Of a stretch of DNA of 64,000 bases, positions 13,774-26,180 are shown in pieces. The notes under the pieces were generated by a model. That model saw nothing but the letters and a program-made list of their open reading frames with translations. It made no database searches and was not told the DNA's origin. Each line of letters starts with the position of its first letter. Within the stretch, counting starts at the first letter, position 1. Position numbers and translations under genes: made by a program. The stretch is from Eledone cirrhosa (lineage: Eukaryota), in NCBI GenBank assembly GCA_964016885.1, contig OZ024747.1:34038001-34102000 (forward strand), read 5' to 3'.

Positions 13774-13879
13774 ACACACAAACACACACAAATGCATGTA
13801 TATATATATATATATGTGTGTTTTCATGTATGTATTTATGTATATATATATATATATATAAACATTGTATGTATGTGTA

Positions 13880-13945
<66 letters not shown>

Positions 13946-14392
13946 TGTGTGTATGTATGTATGTGTATATATGTATGTATATATATATATATATTATATA
14001 TAAATATGTGTGTGTGTATTGTATATATACCTACATATATAAATACCTACAAACATCAATATATATTTGGTTCTCAGCAATGTGTATTGATAGATTTAAT
14101 CGGAGAATTTCTCATAGTTTCATCCGCTTGATAAGGCTGTATACATACACAATTATGCTAGTGTGTGTGTGTAAAAACAACATAAAAGAAAGACTCTTTG
14201 AATAAACTTTCTGCTAATGTCACACATACTCACTCATATATATATATACATATATATATACATCCATATGTAAATGTTATAGTAATAAAAATAATAATAT
14301 ACATGTATATACATGTATATATATAACTTTGATAGGTTTCGGACAGTATTGGCCCAGCTGATGTCTGACTTAATAGCACCACCATAAATATG

Positions 14393-14457
<65 letters not shown>

Positions 14458-14647
14458 CAATAATAATAAATTTGAAGACTAAAATCCAAAGAGGACTCGA
14501 TAAGGATTAATATATATCAAATATATAAGAACCGTAGAGCAAATATTTATTAAAATAACACACACATATATATATATATGTTATTTTAATAAATATATAT
14601 ATATATATATTATATATATAAGTATTATATATATTATATATATATAG

Positions 14648-14702
<55 letters not shown>

Positions 14703-14828
14703 GTAGGAGGTGAGTTTTATTGTAGTACAATAAAGCAATGCAGATATCGGATAAGAAGCACTCTACAGTTTGTAGGACTGGAGTATACATAATATATAAG
14801 AACAAAAGATGGTTAAAGGAGTTCCATG

Positions 14829-14899
14829 TATTTCATTATGCGCATTTCAAAAACAAACATCATCATGCAATAATATTTGTGTTTTCATCAGATAAAACA
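14829..14899 (-). ncRNA. Type I hammerhead ribozyme
   Basis: Reverse complement of 19701-19771 with intact CTGATGA/GAAA. Confidence 0.8.
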
Positions 14900-15743
14900 G
14901 GAGGACATGATATGAAGGCTAAAAAGAACACTAGTGGATAGTGCAGTTTTAAATCAACATATGAGAAGTAGTTTTAGATTGATGTGTGATATTGGTAAAA
15001 ATATTTTATTTAGAGGGGGGAGGATGAAAAAAAGAGGAGGAGATGAGAGTGAAGGTGGAGAGGGAGGAATATAATGAGGAAGGATGAGATAGGAGGAGAG
15101 ATGGGTGATAGAGAGAGAGAGATTTTTTTTTATAACTGAGAAAGATATATTGTTTTACATAGAGAGGTTGAAAACCGTTGGAAGATAATGTATAAATTAA
15201 AAGAATTTGAAAATTAACGAAGGGAAAAATATGTGCGACGAAGGAGATGGAGTTAATATCTATTTAGAATGATGAGTTTGATGATAGACAGAATAGAATA
15301 ATGAATTGCGGATGAATATTCTAACGTCAAAAAAAGTGTGTATGTTTACAAGTATTATGGAAATTTGAAAATTAACGAAGAGAAAAAAAAAAAAATTAAG
15401 GTTTGTGTATTGAAGGATTTGAGAAAAATAATGTGAAGTTAAGGTTTGTATATTGAAGGAATTGATAATATGTGCGAAGAAAAAGTTAATATGTATTGAG
15501 AATGAGTTAGATGATAGGGAGAAAAAAATAATGAATTAAGGATGAATAATCTGGCGTCTAAACAAATGTATATGTTTACGAAGGATTTTACAAGGTGAAA
15601 ATAGAGTAAGGGTAATGAGTAAACAAGTATTATAGAGTGTATAATACCCTTTGAAATAAGGTAGGAAGATGGGTATATTTTAAAAGAGGTGTATGTATAT
15701 GTGCCTTTGAGAAAAAGATTCTACATTGATAAAGAATTGAATA

Positions 15744-17020
15744 TTAGCTGTATACTTTGTGAAATGTTTTATGGAATTTATGCAAGCAGATAGAAAACAA
15801 GTCAGTTCGTCTATTTATTATAGAATCTAGATTAGAGATAATGGTAAATTTTTCATTTAGGCAGAGATTGCAGATTTTAGATAGAGAGCTGTTCAAGTAT
15901 GGAGACGCAGAAGAAACCTTCTTCCAAAAGATGGTATATTTAATGTTTTTGTCTTTCAAGGACCATATGAGTTCTGAGAGAGCCGTGTTGGTTCTTTTAA
16001 GTTTGTATTTAAAAGATCAATGATGATTATAGAGACGAGCTTTAAAATAGGTGGAAGTGGAGCCAAAATAGGTGGAGGAATTGGTGTTAGTTATAACTTT
16101 ACATTCATAAATTAAGTTTTTATCAAGACAATGGTTGTTGAGAGGACATTTATTTTTAATAGGGCAATTGCAATTGCAATTAGAGAGATTATTAATGAGT
16201 GACCTAGTGTTTTCTATAGAAGGAATTGGATTGGAGAAGTTGTTTGCGATAGGAATAATAGTTTCTTGATTTAGAGTTGGATTATGAACATTTAGCGAAG
16301 TTGTGTTTGACGTTGTATTTGGGTTTGCAGAAATTAGCCTAGGGTTTACAATGACGCCGGGAGTACTATTACTATTATTATGAAATTCAGTGTTGGAAGG
16401 AAGAGATTTAGTATTTAGTATTTTATTGTTGTGTTTAGAGATAATGTTGGAAATATTGGAGGATGTAGAATAAGAAAATTTTATGGTGTGTTTGTTAAAT
16501 ATTTTACTATAGATATGTGAGGGAGGGAAGCATTTATTTAAGGCACTAAAGAATAATTTAGGAATATTGTTATTAATAGAGATGGATAAAGGAGCATTAT
16601 ACCAGATTATATTTTTGTATCTAGGTCTTTTATTAAAGTTATTGGAATGATCATGATTAATTATTCTACTGTAAGTTCTTCTAGAATTTATTTCTTTTCT
16701 ATATTTGATTTTATCAGGATAGCCGGCTTTAGAAAGTGCGTTATTATAGTAATTGGCGTTAGCATCACAGATGTTTTTATTAGAAGATAGGTTAGATATT
16801 CTTTTTCCAATATTACTAACTATAGCATTCTTAATATTAGTAGGATGGTTAGATTTAAAGTTAACATAATTTAGGTTCTCATTGTTTTTATGGTAAGGGT
16901 AATATAGGCCAGTGTCAAGATTAAGAGATACATCCAAGAAATTAGCTATATTGCAATTTAAGATAGTAAAGAGTCCATCGTCACGATACATTCCACCGCG
17001 AAGTTGAGGAATTTTCCGAC
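15744..17020 (-). pseudogene. Naiad-type RT C-terminus plus GIY-YIG (inverted arm)
   Basis: GGMYRDDG, NFLDV, SNHP, WYNAP, CNCNCP..CPL...C, LIYEC...YFGST, CNLC..EK. Confidence 0.88.
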
Positions 17021-18895
17021 TCAAAAGACCGAACCATTCCTCCCAAGAACACCGAGGATAAATCTCAGTGATCACAAAAACAATTTTCGCACTGAACTAC
17101 CTGTTAGATTAATCGCCCCCTCTAAATCTGATCTGGGGGTTGTTAGTAAAGCCATCTTGGATAGAATTATCCCACAGGTTCGTTCTAATTGCTCTTCTTT
17201 GAACCTAAATTCATGGTTTGGCACTTCTGAAGTGATTGGCTGGTTCAACAAATTGGATAGTAAAAACAAACTAAAATTTATTCAATTTGATATTGCCAGC
17301 TACTATTCCTCCATTTCGCCTTCACTTCTCAATAATGCACTATCTTTCGCACTTAAATATTCTGACATCACCACATATGAACTTCACATCATCCTCACCG
17401 CACGTAAAACCATCCTAGAGTTCAACAACGAATATTGGCCAGAGCCGATACCTCTAACAAATTCAACATCACAATGGGAGCATCCGATTCATCCCAATTG
17501 ACTGACTTAATTGGTATCTTTATTTTGAACTCTTTGAGTCGGAAAATTCCTCAACTTCGCGGTGGAATTTATCATGACGATGGACTCTTTACTATCTTAA
17601 ATTACAATATAGTTAACCTTAATATTATTAAGAACAATATACGTAATCTCTTTAACCAACATAACCTACAAATTGAATTTGATAACAGTATCAAACTAGC
17701 TAATTTCTTGGATGTATCTTTTAATCTTGACACTGGCCTATATTACCCTTACCATAAACACAATGAGAACCTAAATTATGTTAACTTTAAATCTAACCAT
17801 CCTACTAATATCAAGAATGCTATAGTTAGTAATATTGGAAAAAGAATATCTAACCTATCTTCTAATAAAAACATCTTTGATGCTAACGCCAATTAATATA
17901 ATAACGCACTTTCTAAAGCCGGCTATCCTGATAAAATCAAATATAGTAAAGAAACAAATTCTAGAAGAACTTACAGTAGAATAATTAATCATGATCATTC
18001 CAATAACTTTAATAAAAGACCTAGATACAAAAACATAATCTGGTATAATGCTCCTTTATCCATCTCTATTAATAACAATATTCCTAAATTATACTTTAGT
18101 GCCTTAAATAAATGCTTCCCTCCCTCACATATCTATAGTAAAATATTTAACAAACACACCATAACATTTTCTTATTCTACATCCTCCAATATTTCCAACA
18201 TTATCTCTAAACACAACAATAAAATACTAAATACTAAATCTCTTCCTTCCAACACTGAATTTCATAATAATAGTAATAGTACTCCCGACGTCATTGTAAA
18301 CCCTAGGCTAATTTATGCAAACCCAAATACAACGTCAAACACAACTTCGCTAAATGTTCATAATCTAACTCTAAATCAAGAAACTATTATTCCTATCGCA
18401 AACAACTTCTCCAATCCTTCTATAGATAACACTAGATCACTCATTAATAATCTCTCTAATTGCAATTGCAATTGCCCTATTAAAAATAAATGTCCTCTCA
18501 ACAACCATTGTCTTGATAAAAACTTAATTTATGAATGTAAAGTTATAACTAACACCAATTCCTTCACATATTTTGGCTCCACTTCCACCTCTTTTAAAGC
18601 TCGTCTCTATAATCATCATTGATCTTTTAAATACAAACTTAAAAGAACCAACACGGCTCTCTCAGAACTCATATGGTCCTTGAAAGACAAAAACATTAAA
18701 TATACCATATTTTGGAAGAAGGTTTCTTCTGCGTCTCCATACTTGAACAGCTCTCTATCTAAATTCTGCAATCTCTGCCCAAATGAAAAATTTACCATTA
18801 TCTCTAATCTAGATTCTATAATAAATAGACGAACTGACTTTATTTCTATCGGCTTGCCTAAATTCCATAAAACATTTCACAAAGTATACAGCTAA
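17020..18895 (+). pseudogene. 5'-truncated Naiad-type RT plus GIY-YIG with frameshift and stops
   Basis: LSDHKNNF..VRLIAPSKSDLG, FIQFDIASYYSSI, ITMGASDS, GIYHDDG, NFLDV. Confidence 0.9.
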
Positions 18896-19700
18896 TATTC
18901 AATTCTTTATCAATTTAGAATCTTTTTCTCAAAGGCACATATACATACACCTCTTTTAAAATATACCCATCTTCCTACCTTATTTCAAAGGGTATTATAC
19001 ACTCTATAATACTTGTTTACTCATTACCCTGACTCTATTTTCACCTTGTAAAATCCTTCGTAAACATACACATTTGTTTTGACGCCAGATTATTCATCCT
19101 AAGTTCATTATTTTTTTCTCCCTATCATCTAACTAATTCTCAATACATATTAACTTTTTCTTCGCACATATTATCAATTCCTTCAATATACAAACCTTAA
19201 TTTTTTTTTTTCTCTTCGTTAATTTTCAAATTTCCATAATACTTGTAAACCTACACACTTTTTTTGACGTTAGAATATTCATCCGCAATTCATTATTCTA
19301 TTCTGTCTATCATCAAACTCATTATTCTAAATACATATTAACTCCCTCTCCTTCGTCGCACATATTTTTCCCTTCGTTAATTTTCAAATTCTTTTAATTT
19401 ATACATTATCTTCCAACGGTTTTCAACCTCTCTATGTAAAACAATATATCTTACTCAGTTATAAAAACTATCTCTCTCTCTCTATCACCCATCTCTCCTC
19501 CTATCTCATCCTTCCTCATTATATTCCTCCCTCTCCACCTTCACTCTCATCTCCTCCTCTTTTTTTCATCCTTTCCACCACCCCCTCTAAATAAAATATT
19601 TTTCCCAATATCACACATCAATCTAAAACTACTTCTCATATGTTGATTTAAAACTGCACTATCCACAAGTGTTTTTTTTAGCCTTCATATCATGTTCTCC

Positions 19701-19771
19701 TGTTTTATCTGATGAAAACACAAATATTATTGCATGATGATGTTTGTTTTTGAAATGCGCATAATAAAATA
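19701..19771 (+). ncRNA. Type I hammerhead ribozyme
   Basis: TGTTTTAT-CTGATGA-stem II-GAAA-TGCGCA-TA|ATAAAATA: stem I closes, palindromic stem III, AUA cleavage triplet. Confidence 0.85.
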
Positions 19772-20087
19772 CATGGAACTCCTTTAACCATCTTTTGTTC
19801 TTATATATTATATATATATATATATATATAATTTAAAACAATGAAATAAAAGGTTATCACCCTTTGAAAGGAATGGTTGAAGGGTGTTAACAGTAGATTT
19901 GGCATACAAATCTATTAGGAGAAAAGGGAATGTCAAACTGATAGTTGAATGTATCTTGTATAGTGAATTTAAAAGGAATGTCAAAATAAATGGTGATTAG
20001 TGTTGTGTTGAGTTTTATGGTGAATATCAATTAAGGTTATGGCTAGGAAAGATATTATATTAAAAGATGAAAATCATAATAAGATAA

Positions 20088-20266
20088 TTGTTTCTACTAT
20101 TGGCACAAGGCCAGCAATTACCCAGTACATTACTGGTACTTTATTTTATCGACCCCGTAAGGATGAAAGGCAAAGTTAACCTCGGCGGGATTTGAACTCA
20201 GAATGGTAAGGGCCGTAACTCTATGCGACAAAGCGTCCGACCCTCTACCGCTACTGCCAATTCACC
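20088..20266 (-). mobile_element. tRNA-derived Nin-type SINE with 8-bp TSD
   Basis: AAGATAAT duplicated. Empty site is seen in the mirror arm at ~22368. Confidence 0.9.
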
Positions 20267-21629
20267 AAGATAATGAAGTACAGTAATGCGATAATATACA
20301 ACTTAACCAGCACAATATAGTGCTGTGTGGTAAATTGCAATTAGCATAATATAGCATCTGATACACTCTAAAATACTATCAAGTATGTTGATGTATAAAT
20401 AATCAAACTCAGATAAATACATGTTGGCATAAATTTCATGAAAAACCACAACAACCACACTACACGATCTATGACCAATGTTATAACCCAGAAATTTCAT
20501 GAAAAACCACAACAACCATCACTACACGATATATGACCAATGTTATAAACCCACATATGAATACCAAGCACTAAAAATCTCATAATCTACCAAAAGATAA
20601 AACCAAATATAACCACGATAATTTACCAAATTCCACAAATAAGGACACTAACAATAGGAATTATTCTAGAACACAACACAATAATATAAGTGAAAATAAG
20701 AACTTAACTAAAAACCGCAAAAGAAACATAACATGGTACAACGCACCTTTCAACCTGCAAACTATTGGACAAATCCACAACACATTCTTTGAAATTCTAC
20801 ATAAGCATTTTCCACTAAACCACGGATACCACCAAATATTTAACAAATATACAGTTAAATTCTCATACTCTACATCAAGCAATCTCAAACAAAAAATAAG
20901 CAGCTTCAACATTTATAAACTTAATAATAATAGGACTACACCATCGCAACATAATTTAAATAGGACTGCACCTTTAAAAAAGCAAATAATACAATCCTTC
21001 AACCTAGAATACACAACCACATAAATCACCAACACAAAAACAACAAAACACAAAATCGCAATACAACCCTAGCACCAAACCACCCACAAAGCAACCTTCA
21101 TTCTCCTGCTATCATTAATTACGATAGAAATAGCTCTAGAATAAATGAGAATAGTATAGGCACCCACAATAACCATCTTACGTATGGCTGTAATTGCAGA
21201 AATAGAAGCATTTGCCCCTTAAATGGAAACTGTTTGATTAATAATGTAATATATAAATGCACAGTGTCTACTACAGACTCCAACAAAACATATATAGGAT
21301 CTACATCAAACACATTTAAGAAAAGATTTTACGCACACTCTTGTAGTTTTAACAATACTAAACTAGCTGACACCACATCTTTAACTGAAGCGGTAAATAA
21401 TTATGAAAAGAAAAAAAATAGATTTCAAATTATCGTGGAACACCATTCTACAAAGAACTCCATATCTTGGGAACAGAAGGGAATGCGGATTATGTTCAGG
21501 GGAGATCTTAGAGATTACTAAATCTAAGGACGATTTATTAAATAAAAGATAGGATTGATCATAGTTTGTAATCACCGTATACGAAATACATTTAAATACT
21601 ATACACCTAATTAAATACTATAAACCTAA

Positions 21630-21885
21630 TTAAATATTCTAAATAGCAACTCACTATAATTCCATATAGGATAACATTTATTAGAACCTCATTCCCCTAA
21701 TTATATGCATTCATACTTATCTTTTGCCTTTTAATCTTTTAGCTTTCTTAGATATATACCTTAAATATTCTAAATATCAACTCACTATAATTCCATATAG
21801 GATAACATTCATTAGAACCTCTTTCCCATAATTATATGCATTCATACTTATCTTTTGCCTTTTAATGTTTTAGCTTCCTTAGATT
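21630..21885. repeat. ~125-bp tandem duplication in PLE 3' UTR
   Basis: TTAAATATTCTAAATA...GCTTTCTTAGAT occurs twice. Confidence 0.85.
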
Positions 21886-23051
21886 TATGCATTAATGACT
21901 TAAGGCAATAGGATGCACAACCACCCGTTAATTGCATGAGTAAATATATATCTATGTATGATATGGAGATATATTTATGTATGTGTATGTATGTATGTGT
22001 ATGTATGTGTATATATGTATTCATGAATGTGTATGCGTGTATATATATATATACTTAAATGATTATGTGCATGCGTGTGGATATATATTTAGATTTGCAT
22101 CTATATGTGCGTATGTATATTTTTGACTCGATATCAATTTAACTGTACCTCTCTCTATATATAGTGTGGGTATATACACCTTATAATCAATGAAATTTAT
22201 GAGTTTTAACTATGCCAACATGTATTTATCTGAGTTTGATTATTTATACATAAACACACTTGATAGTATTTTAGAGTGTATCATATGCTATATTATGCTA
22301 ATTGCAATTTACCACACAGCACTATATTGTGCTGGTTAAGTTGTATATTATCGCATTACTGTACTTCATTATCTTATTATAATTTTCATCTTTTAATATA
22401 ATATCTTTCCTAGCCATAACCTTAATTTATATTCACCATAAAATTCAACACACCACTAATCACCATTTATTTTGACATCCCTTTTAAATTCACTATACAA
22501 GATACATTCAACTATCAGTTTGACATTCCCTTTTCTCCTAATAGATTTTTATGCCAAATCTACTATTAGCACCCTTCAACCATTCCTTTCAAAGGGTCCT
22601 GACCTCAACTTTCCATCTTAACACCATAAGGAAAAAGCAATTTGATTCGTTGATTCTTCAACTGCCTCCAAATAAGGACATGATACTAACACACTACTAA
22701 TTCTGAATATAATCATTATTGAATAAAATTATTATTGCTTTTGAAAACAGCTGGTCATATGCATGTAAGTAAATATTCTCTTTATTTGATAGTTTGTAAC
22801 TAACCTTACATAGATCGATTACTGGGTATAGATACAATGTATTATCATCATCTAGAAACGATCGTAAAGCAGTGAAGTATATCTCTAATGACTTGATTTT
22901 TTATTTCATTGTTTTAACTTATATCATAACTCTGTTTTCCTTTTATTGTTTTATTGTTTTCTGAGATTTATCTTAACTTACAACATTTTCAACATATGGA
23001 TTACATCGAGTTCTTCATGCAGAATAGACCCCACAACTTACTGTGGATACC

Positions 23052-23087
<36 letters not shown>

Positions 23088-23089
<2 letters not shown>

Positions 23090-23210
23090 AAAATGTTTGA
23101 CCCCGACGGCAGAGCTCCATTTTCCTAATACCCACTCTACTACCCTAAGTATTATGTACTCTGGTGCCTTATGGTCCATCTGCTTCCTTACCACACCTCC
23201 TTCGTTTTAT
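23088..23210 (+). mobile_element. Rearranged copy of the HHR mini-element terminus
   Basis: GACCCCGACGGCAGAGCTC (inverted piece) joined to CCTAATACCCACTCTACTACCCTAAG...CCTTCGTT. Confidence 0.7.
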
Positions 23211-23217
23211 TTATATA

Positions 23218-23772
23218 TGAATGTATGTATAGTATATTTGATAATATACTGTATGTTTATTTAAACACATTTTGAAAACCATTCGCTATGAGTTTTAAAG
23301 TAGTGACTATGTCACTTACTTTTTCTCGGCAAATATAAAGAGAAGCAACCGACAGCTGTTTCTCGTTTGTTAACGGTTATCAAGATTGCTTATCCCCTCC
23401 CATCTGCCGAGACATATCGAAGCTGGATTCTTATAGAATTCCAGTTATGTTTAAGAGCTGATTAAGCAGAGCAGTTGCCGGTCCAGCAAAATTAGAAACT
23501 AGTATCAGTGCTCTGAAATAGCAATGTATGTATGAATGAATCCAGATTCGATAAGTCTCGACAGAAGCGAGGGGATAAGCAATCTTAATAACCGTTAACA
23601 AACGAGAAACAGTTGTCGTTTTCTTCCCTTTATTTTTGCCGAGACAAAGTAAGTGACATAGACACTACTTTAAAACGCATAGCGAATGGTCTTCAAAACG
23701 TTTTTAGATAAACATACAGTATATTATCAATACATACATTCATACATACATCGTTATTTCAGAGAGCTGATA

Positions 23773-23780
<8 letters not shown>
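23218..23780. repeat. Fold-back element with an HHR motif in each arm
   Basis: 23218-23430 vs 23538-23745 inverted. Minus strand 23343-23391 reads AAGCAATC-TTGATAA-stem II-GAAA-CAGCTG-TC|GGTTGCTT. Confidence 0.8.
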
Positions 23781-23848
<68 letters not shown>

Positions 23849-24043
23849 GATAAATCTACCAAAAGTTTACGGTAGTGTCCAATCCGTATGAAGAACTCAA
23901 TGTAATCCGGATATCATGAAAAGAGAAGATGCATTCAAAAACTACTTTCGGTGAAAAATAAACGGAAAACAAAGTCAAGATAAATTATTAAAAAAATAAT
24001 GAATAAACAAAGAAACAGTTCCTTATATTAAACAAAAAAAATT

Positions 24044-24184
24044 CATTATTTTACGATCGTTTCTAGGATATATATGTGTGTTAGAATTGGTATGCATATT
24101 CTATAGATCTATGTACAATATTTATACAAACTATCAGAGGGAATATACATACCTTCACATATATATGCTGTCTTCAGAAATAAT
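24044..24184 (-). ncRNA. Type I hammerhead ribozyme with ~105-nt stem II
   Basis: ATTATTT-CTGAAGA-CAGCATATATATGTG...CACATATATATCCTA-GAAA-CGATCG-TA|AAATAATG. Confidence 0.8.
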
Positions 24185-24374
24185 TGTTTCTACTTTAGGC
24201 ACAAGGCCAGCAATTAACCAGTGCATTACTGGTACTTTATTTTATCGACCCCGTAAGGATGAAAGGCAAAGTCAACCTCGGCGGGATTCGAACTCAGATC
24301 ATAAAGGGACGCAACTATGCTGGAAAGCATGGCGTCAAATCCTTTACCGATACTGCCAATCCAGGCCGTATCAG
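24185..24374 (-). mobile_element. tRNA-derived Nin-type SINE with 18-bp TSD
   Basis: GCTGTCTTCAGAAATAAT at 24167-24184 and 24375-24392. Confidence 0.9.
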
Positions 24375-24573
24375 GCTGTCTTCAGAAATAATGATACTTG
24401 TTTATTGATAAGAACAAAGATTCAATACAATAGGTCTGTTTGGGAACAGGTTTTGAATTGACCAATCAGGAGATAGTGAGGGTCAAGATAGTGATATAGC
24501 ATTAGGAGAACCTTAAATTATGGGTAGGGGAAGTAGATTTCAGTTTTGGATGGAAAAGAGTATTATTAATGAA

Positions 24574-24755
24574 GGATTACTTTAGGGAAGAAGTAGGTCA
24601 TATGCTGACCTCAGAAATAATTTTATTTGTTCATTGAATAAAACCAACAAAGATCCAATATAATAATGGATTACGTTAGGGAAGAAGTAGGTCATATGTT
24701 GACCTCAGAGATAATTTTATTTGTTCATTGAATAAAACCAACAAAGATCAAATAT
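24574..24755. repeat. ~90-bp tandem duplication
   Basis: GGATTAC.TTAGGGAAGAAGTAGGTCATATG...ACCAACAAAGATC occurs twice. Confidence 0.85.
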
Positions 24756-25010
24756 ATTCTGTCTGTTTGGTAAGAGGTTTAGAATTAACCAATAGAAAGT
24801 TAATATTTGGCCAAATGGTAAAATAGTAGTAATTGAAATTTATTTTAGGGGTGTAATTAGGTCAGGTGGTCAGTAGAAGGTATACAAGCAGTTGCTGTTA
24901 TAAAATAGTGATGCCAATACAAATAACTAGGGTGACCAGAGTTTAAGATAAGAATGTTAGTGAAAAAAATACATCTATGAAAAGGATATAAAATTAATTT
25001 AATTGATGGG

Positions 25011-25077
<67 letters not shown>

Positions 25078-25238
25078 ATAAAATTATACTAATACATATA
25101 GATGTGATAAATAAGAGTTAGAAGCAGTTGAAAAGTGCTGTTAAGGATGAGGGGAAATTAAAAGGATATAAAAATAATATATATATATATATACATATAT
25201 ATACCTACATATATATACACATACATACACACGCGCAT

Positions 25239-25299
<61 letters not shown>

Positions 25300-25442
25300 C
25301 ATACACATACACACACAAACATATACCCATACATACATATATATATATATATATACGCATATACATATGTACACATACATACACACACACAGACATATAT
25401 ATATATATATATATATATACACACTCACACACATATATACAC

Positions 25443-25499
<57 letters not shown>

Positions 25500-25679
25500 T
25501 ATGTATTTTTACACTCACATACATACACACATACATATATACACACTTATATACACACACATCCGCACTTACATATACGTATAATTATTGGGGGGGGGGG
25601 GGATTACATTTATTAGTGGGAAATAGTAAATATATATAGGTTTCAAGGAACATAGAGTCATAACCTGAAGTTAAATCAC

Positions 25680-26180
25680 TTAAAGGTATCAGTTTTAGGA
25701 AATGATATTTGTAAGAAGGAAAGCCAAATTATGTAGTTCATCATTAGTAGAATATTAATTATAGGTTAACTAAAATAAAAAAGTTTATATATTAATTTCT
25801 AAGGTGTATAATAATTAGGTTTATAATATTTGAAGCGGAATTATGTAGTTCATCAGTAGTAGAATATTAATTATAGCTTAACTAAATTAAACATAATTAC
25901 ATATGTTTACTTAATGGTATCATTTTTAGGAAATGATATTTGGATGAAGGAAAGCCAAATTATGTAGTTCATCAGTAGTAGAATATTAATTATAGGTTAA
26001 CTAAATTAAAAAAAGTTTATATATTAATTTCTAAAGTGTATATTAATTAGGTTTATAATATTTAAAGCAGAAATTTGTAATTCATCTGTAGTAGAATATT
26101 AATTATAGGTTAACTAAATTAAAATTAATTTATATATTAATTTCTAAAGTGTATATTAATTAGGTTTATAATATTTAATT
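25680..26180. repeat. Degenerate tandem repeats (~115-120-bp units) overlapping the PLE stop codon
   Basis: Repeated GTAGTTCATCAGTAGTAGAATATTAATTATAGGTTAACTAAA...TAGGTTTATAATATTT. Confidence 0.8.

Larger units (their letters stand above)
14700..19806. mobile_element. Naiad-type PLE as a ~5-kb palindrome (minus arm 14700-17025, plus arm 17020-19806)
   Basis: 14797-17025 is the reverse complement of ~17533-19806. (TA)n on both sides. HHR in each arm. Confidence 0.92.
19835..23055 (+). mobile_element. 5'-truncated Naiad-type PLE with inverted 3'-UTR copy at its 5' side
   Basis: 19860-20430 is the reverse complement of 22210-22595. Coding remnant 20640-21613 (RKRNITWYNAPF, CNCRNRSICPLNGNC, YIGSTS). 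Degenerate HHR 22820-22870 (GAAA-CGATCG-TA). Confidence 0.85.

Noticed and set aside
16017-17075. 352-aa ORF as an independent gene
   Set aside because: Its N-terminus is antisense sequence read across the palindrome pivot; the rest is the inverted Naiad arm.
25680-26180. Repeat array superficially like CRISPR
   Set aside because: Whole units are degenerate tandem copies without unique spacers; eukaryotic PLE 3' UTR with no cas genes.
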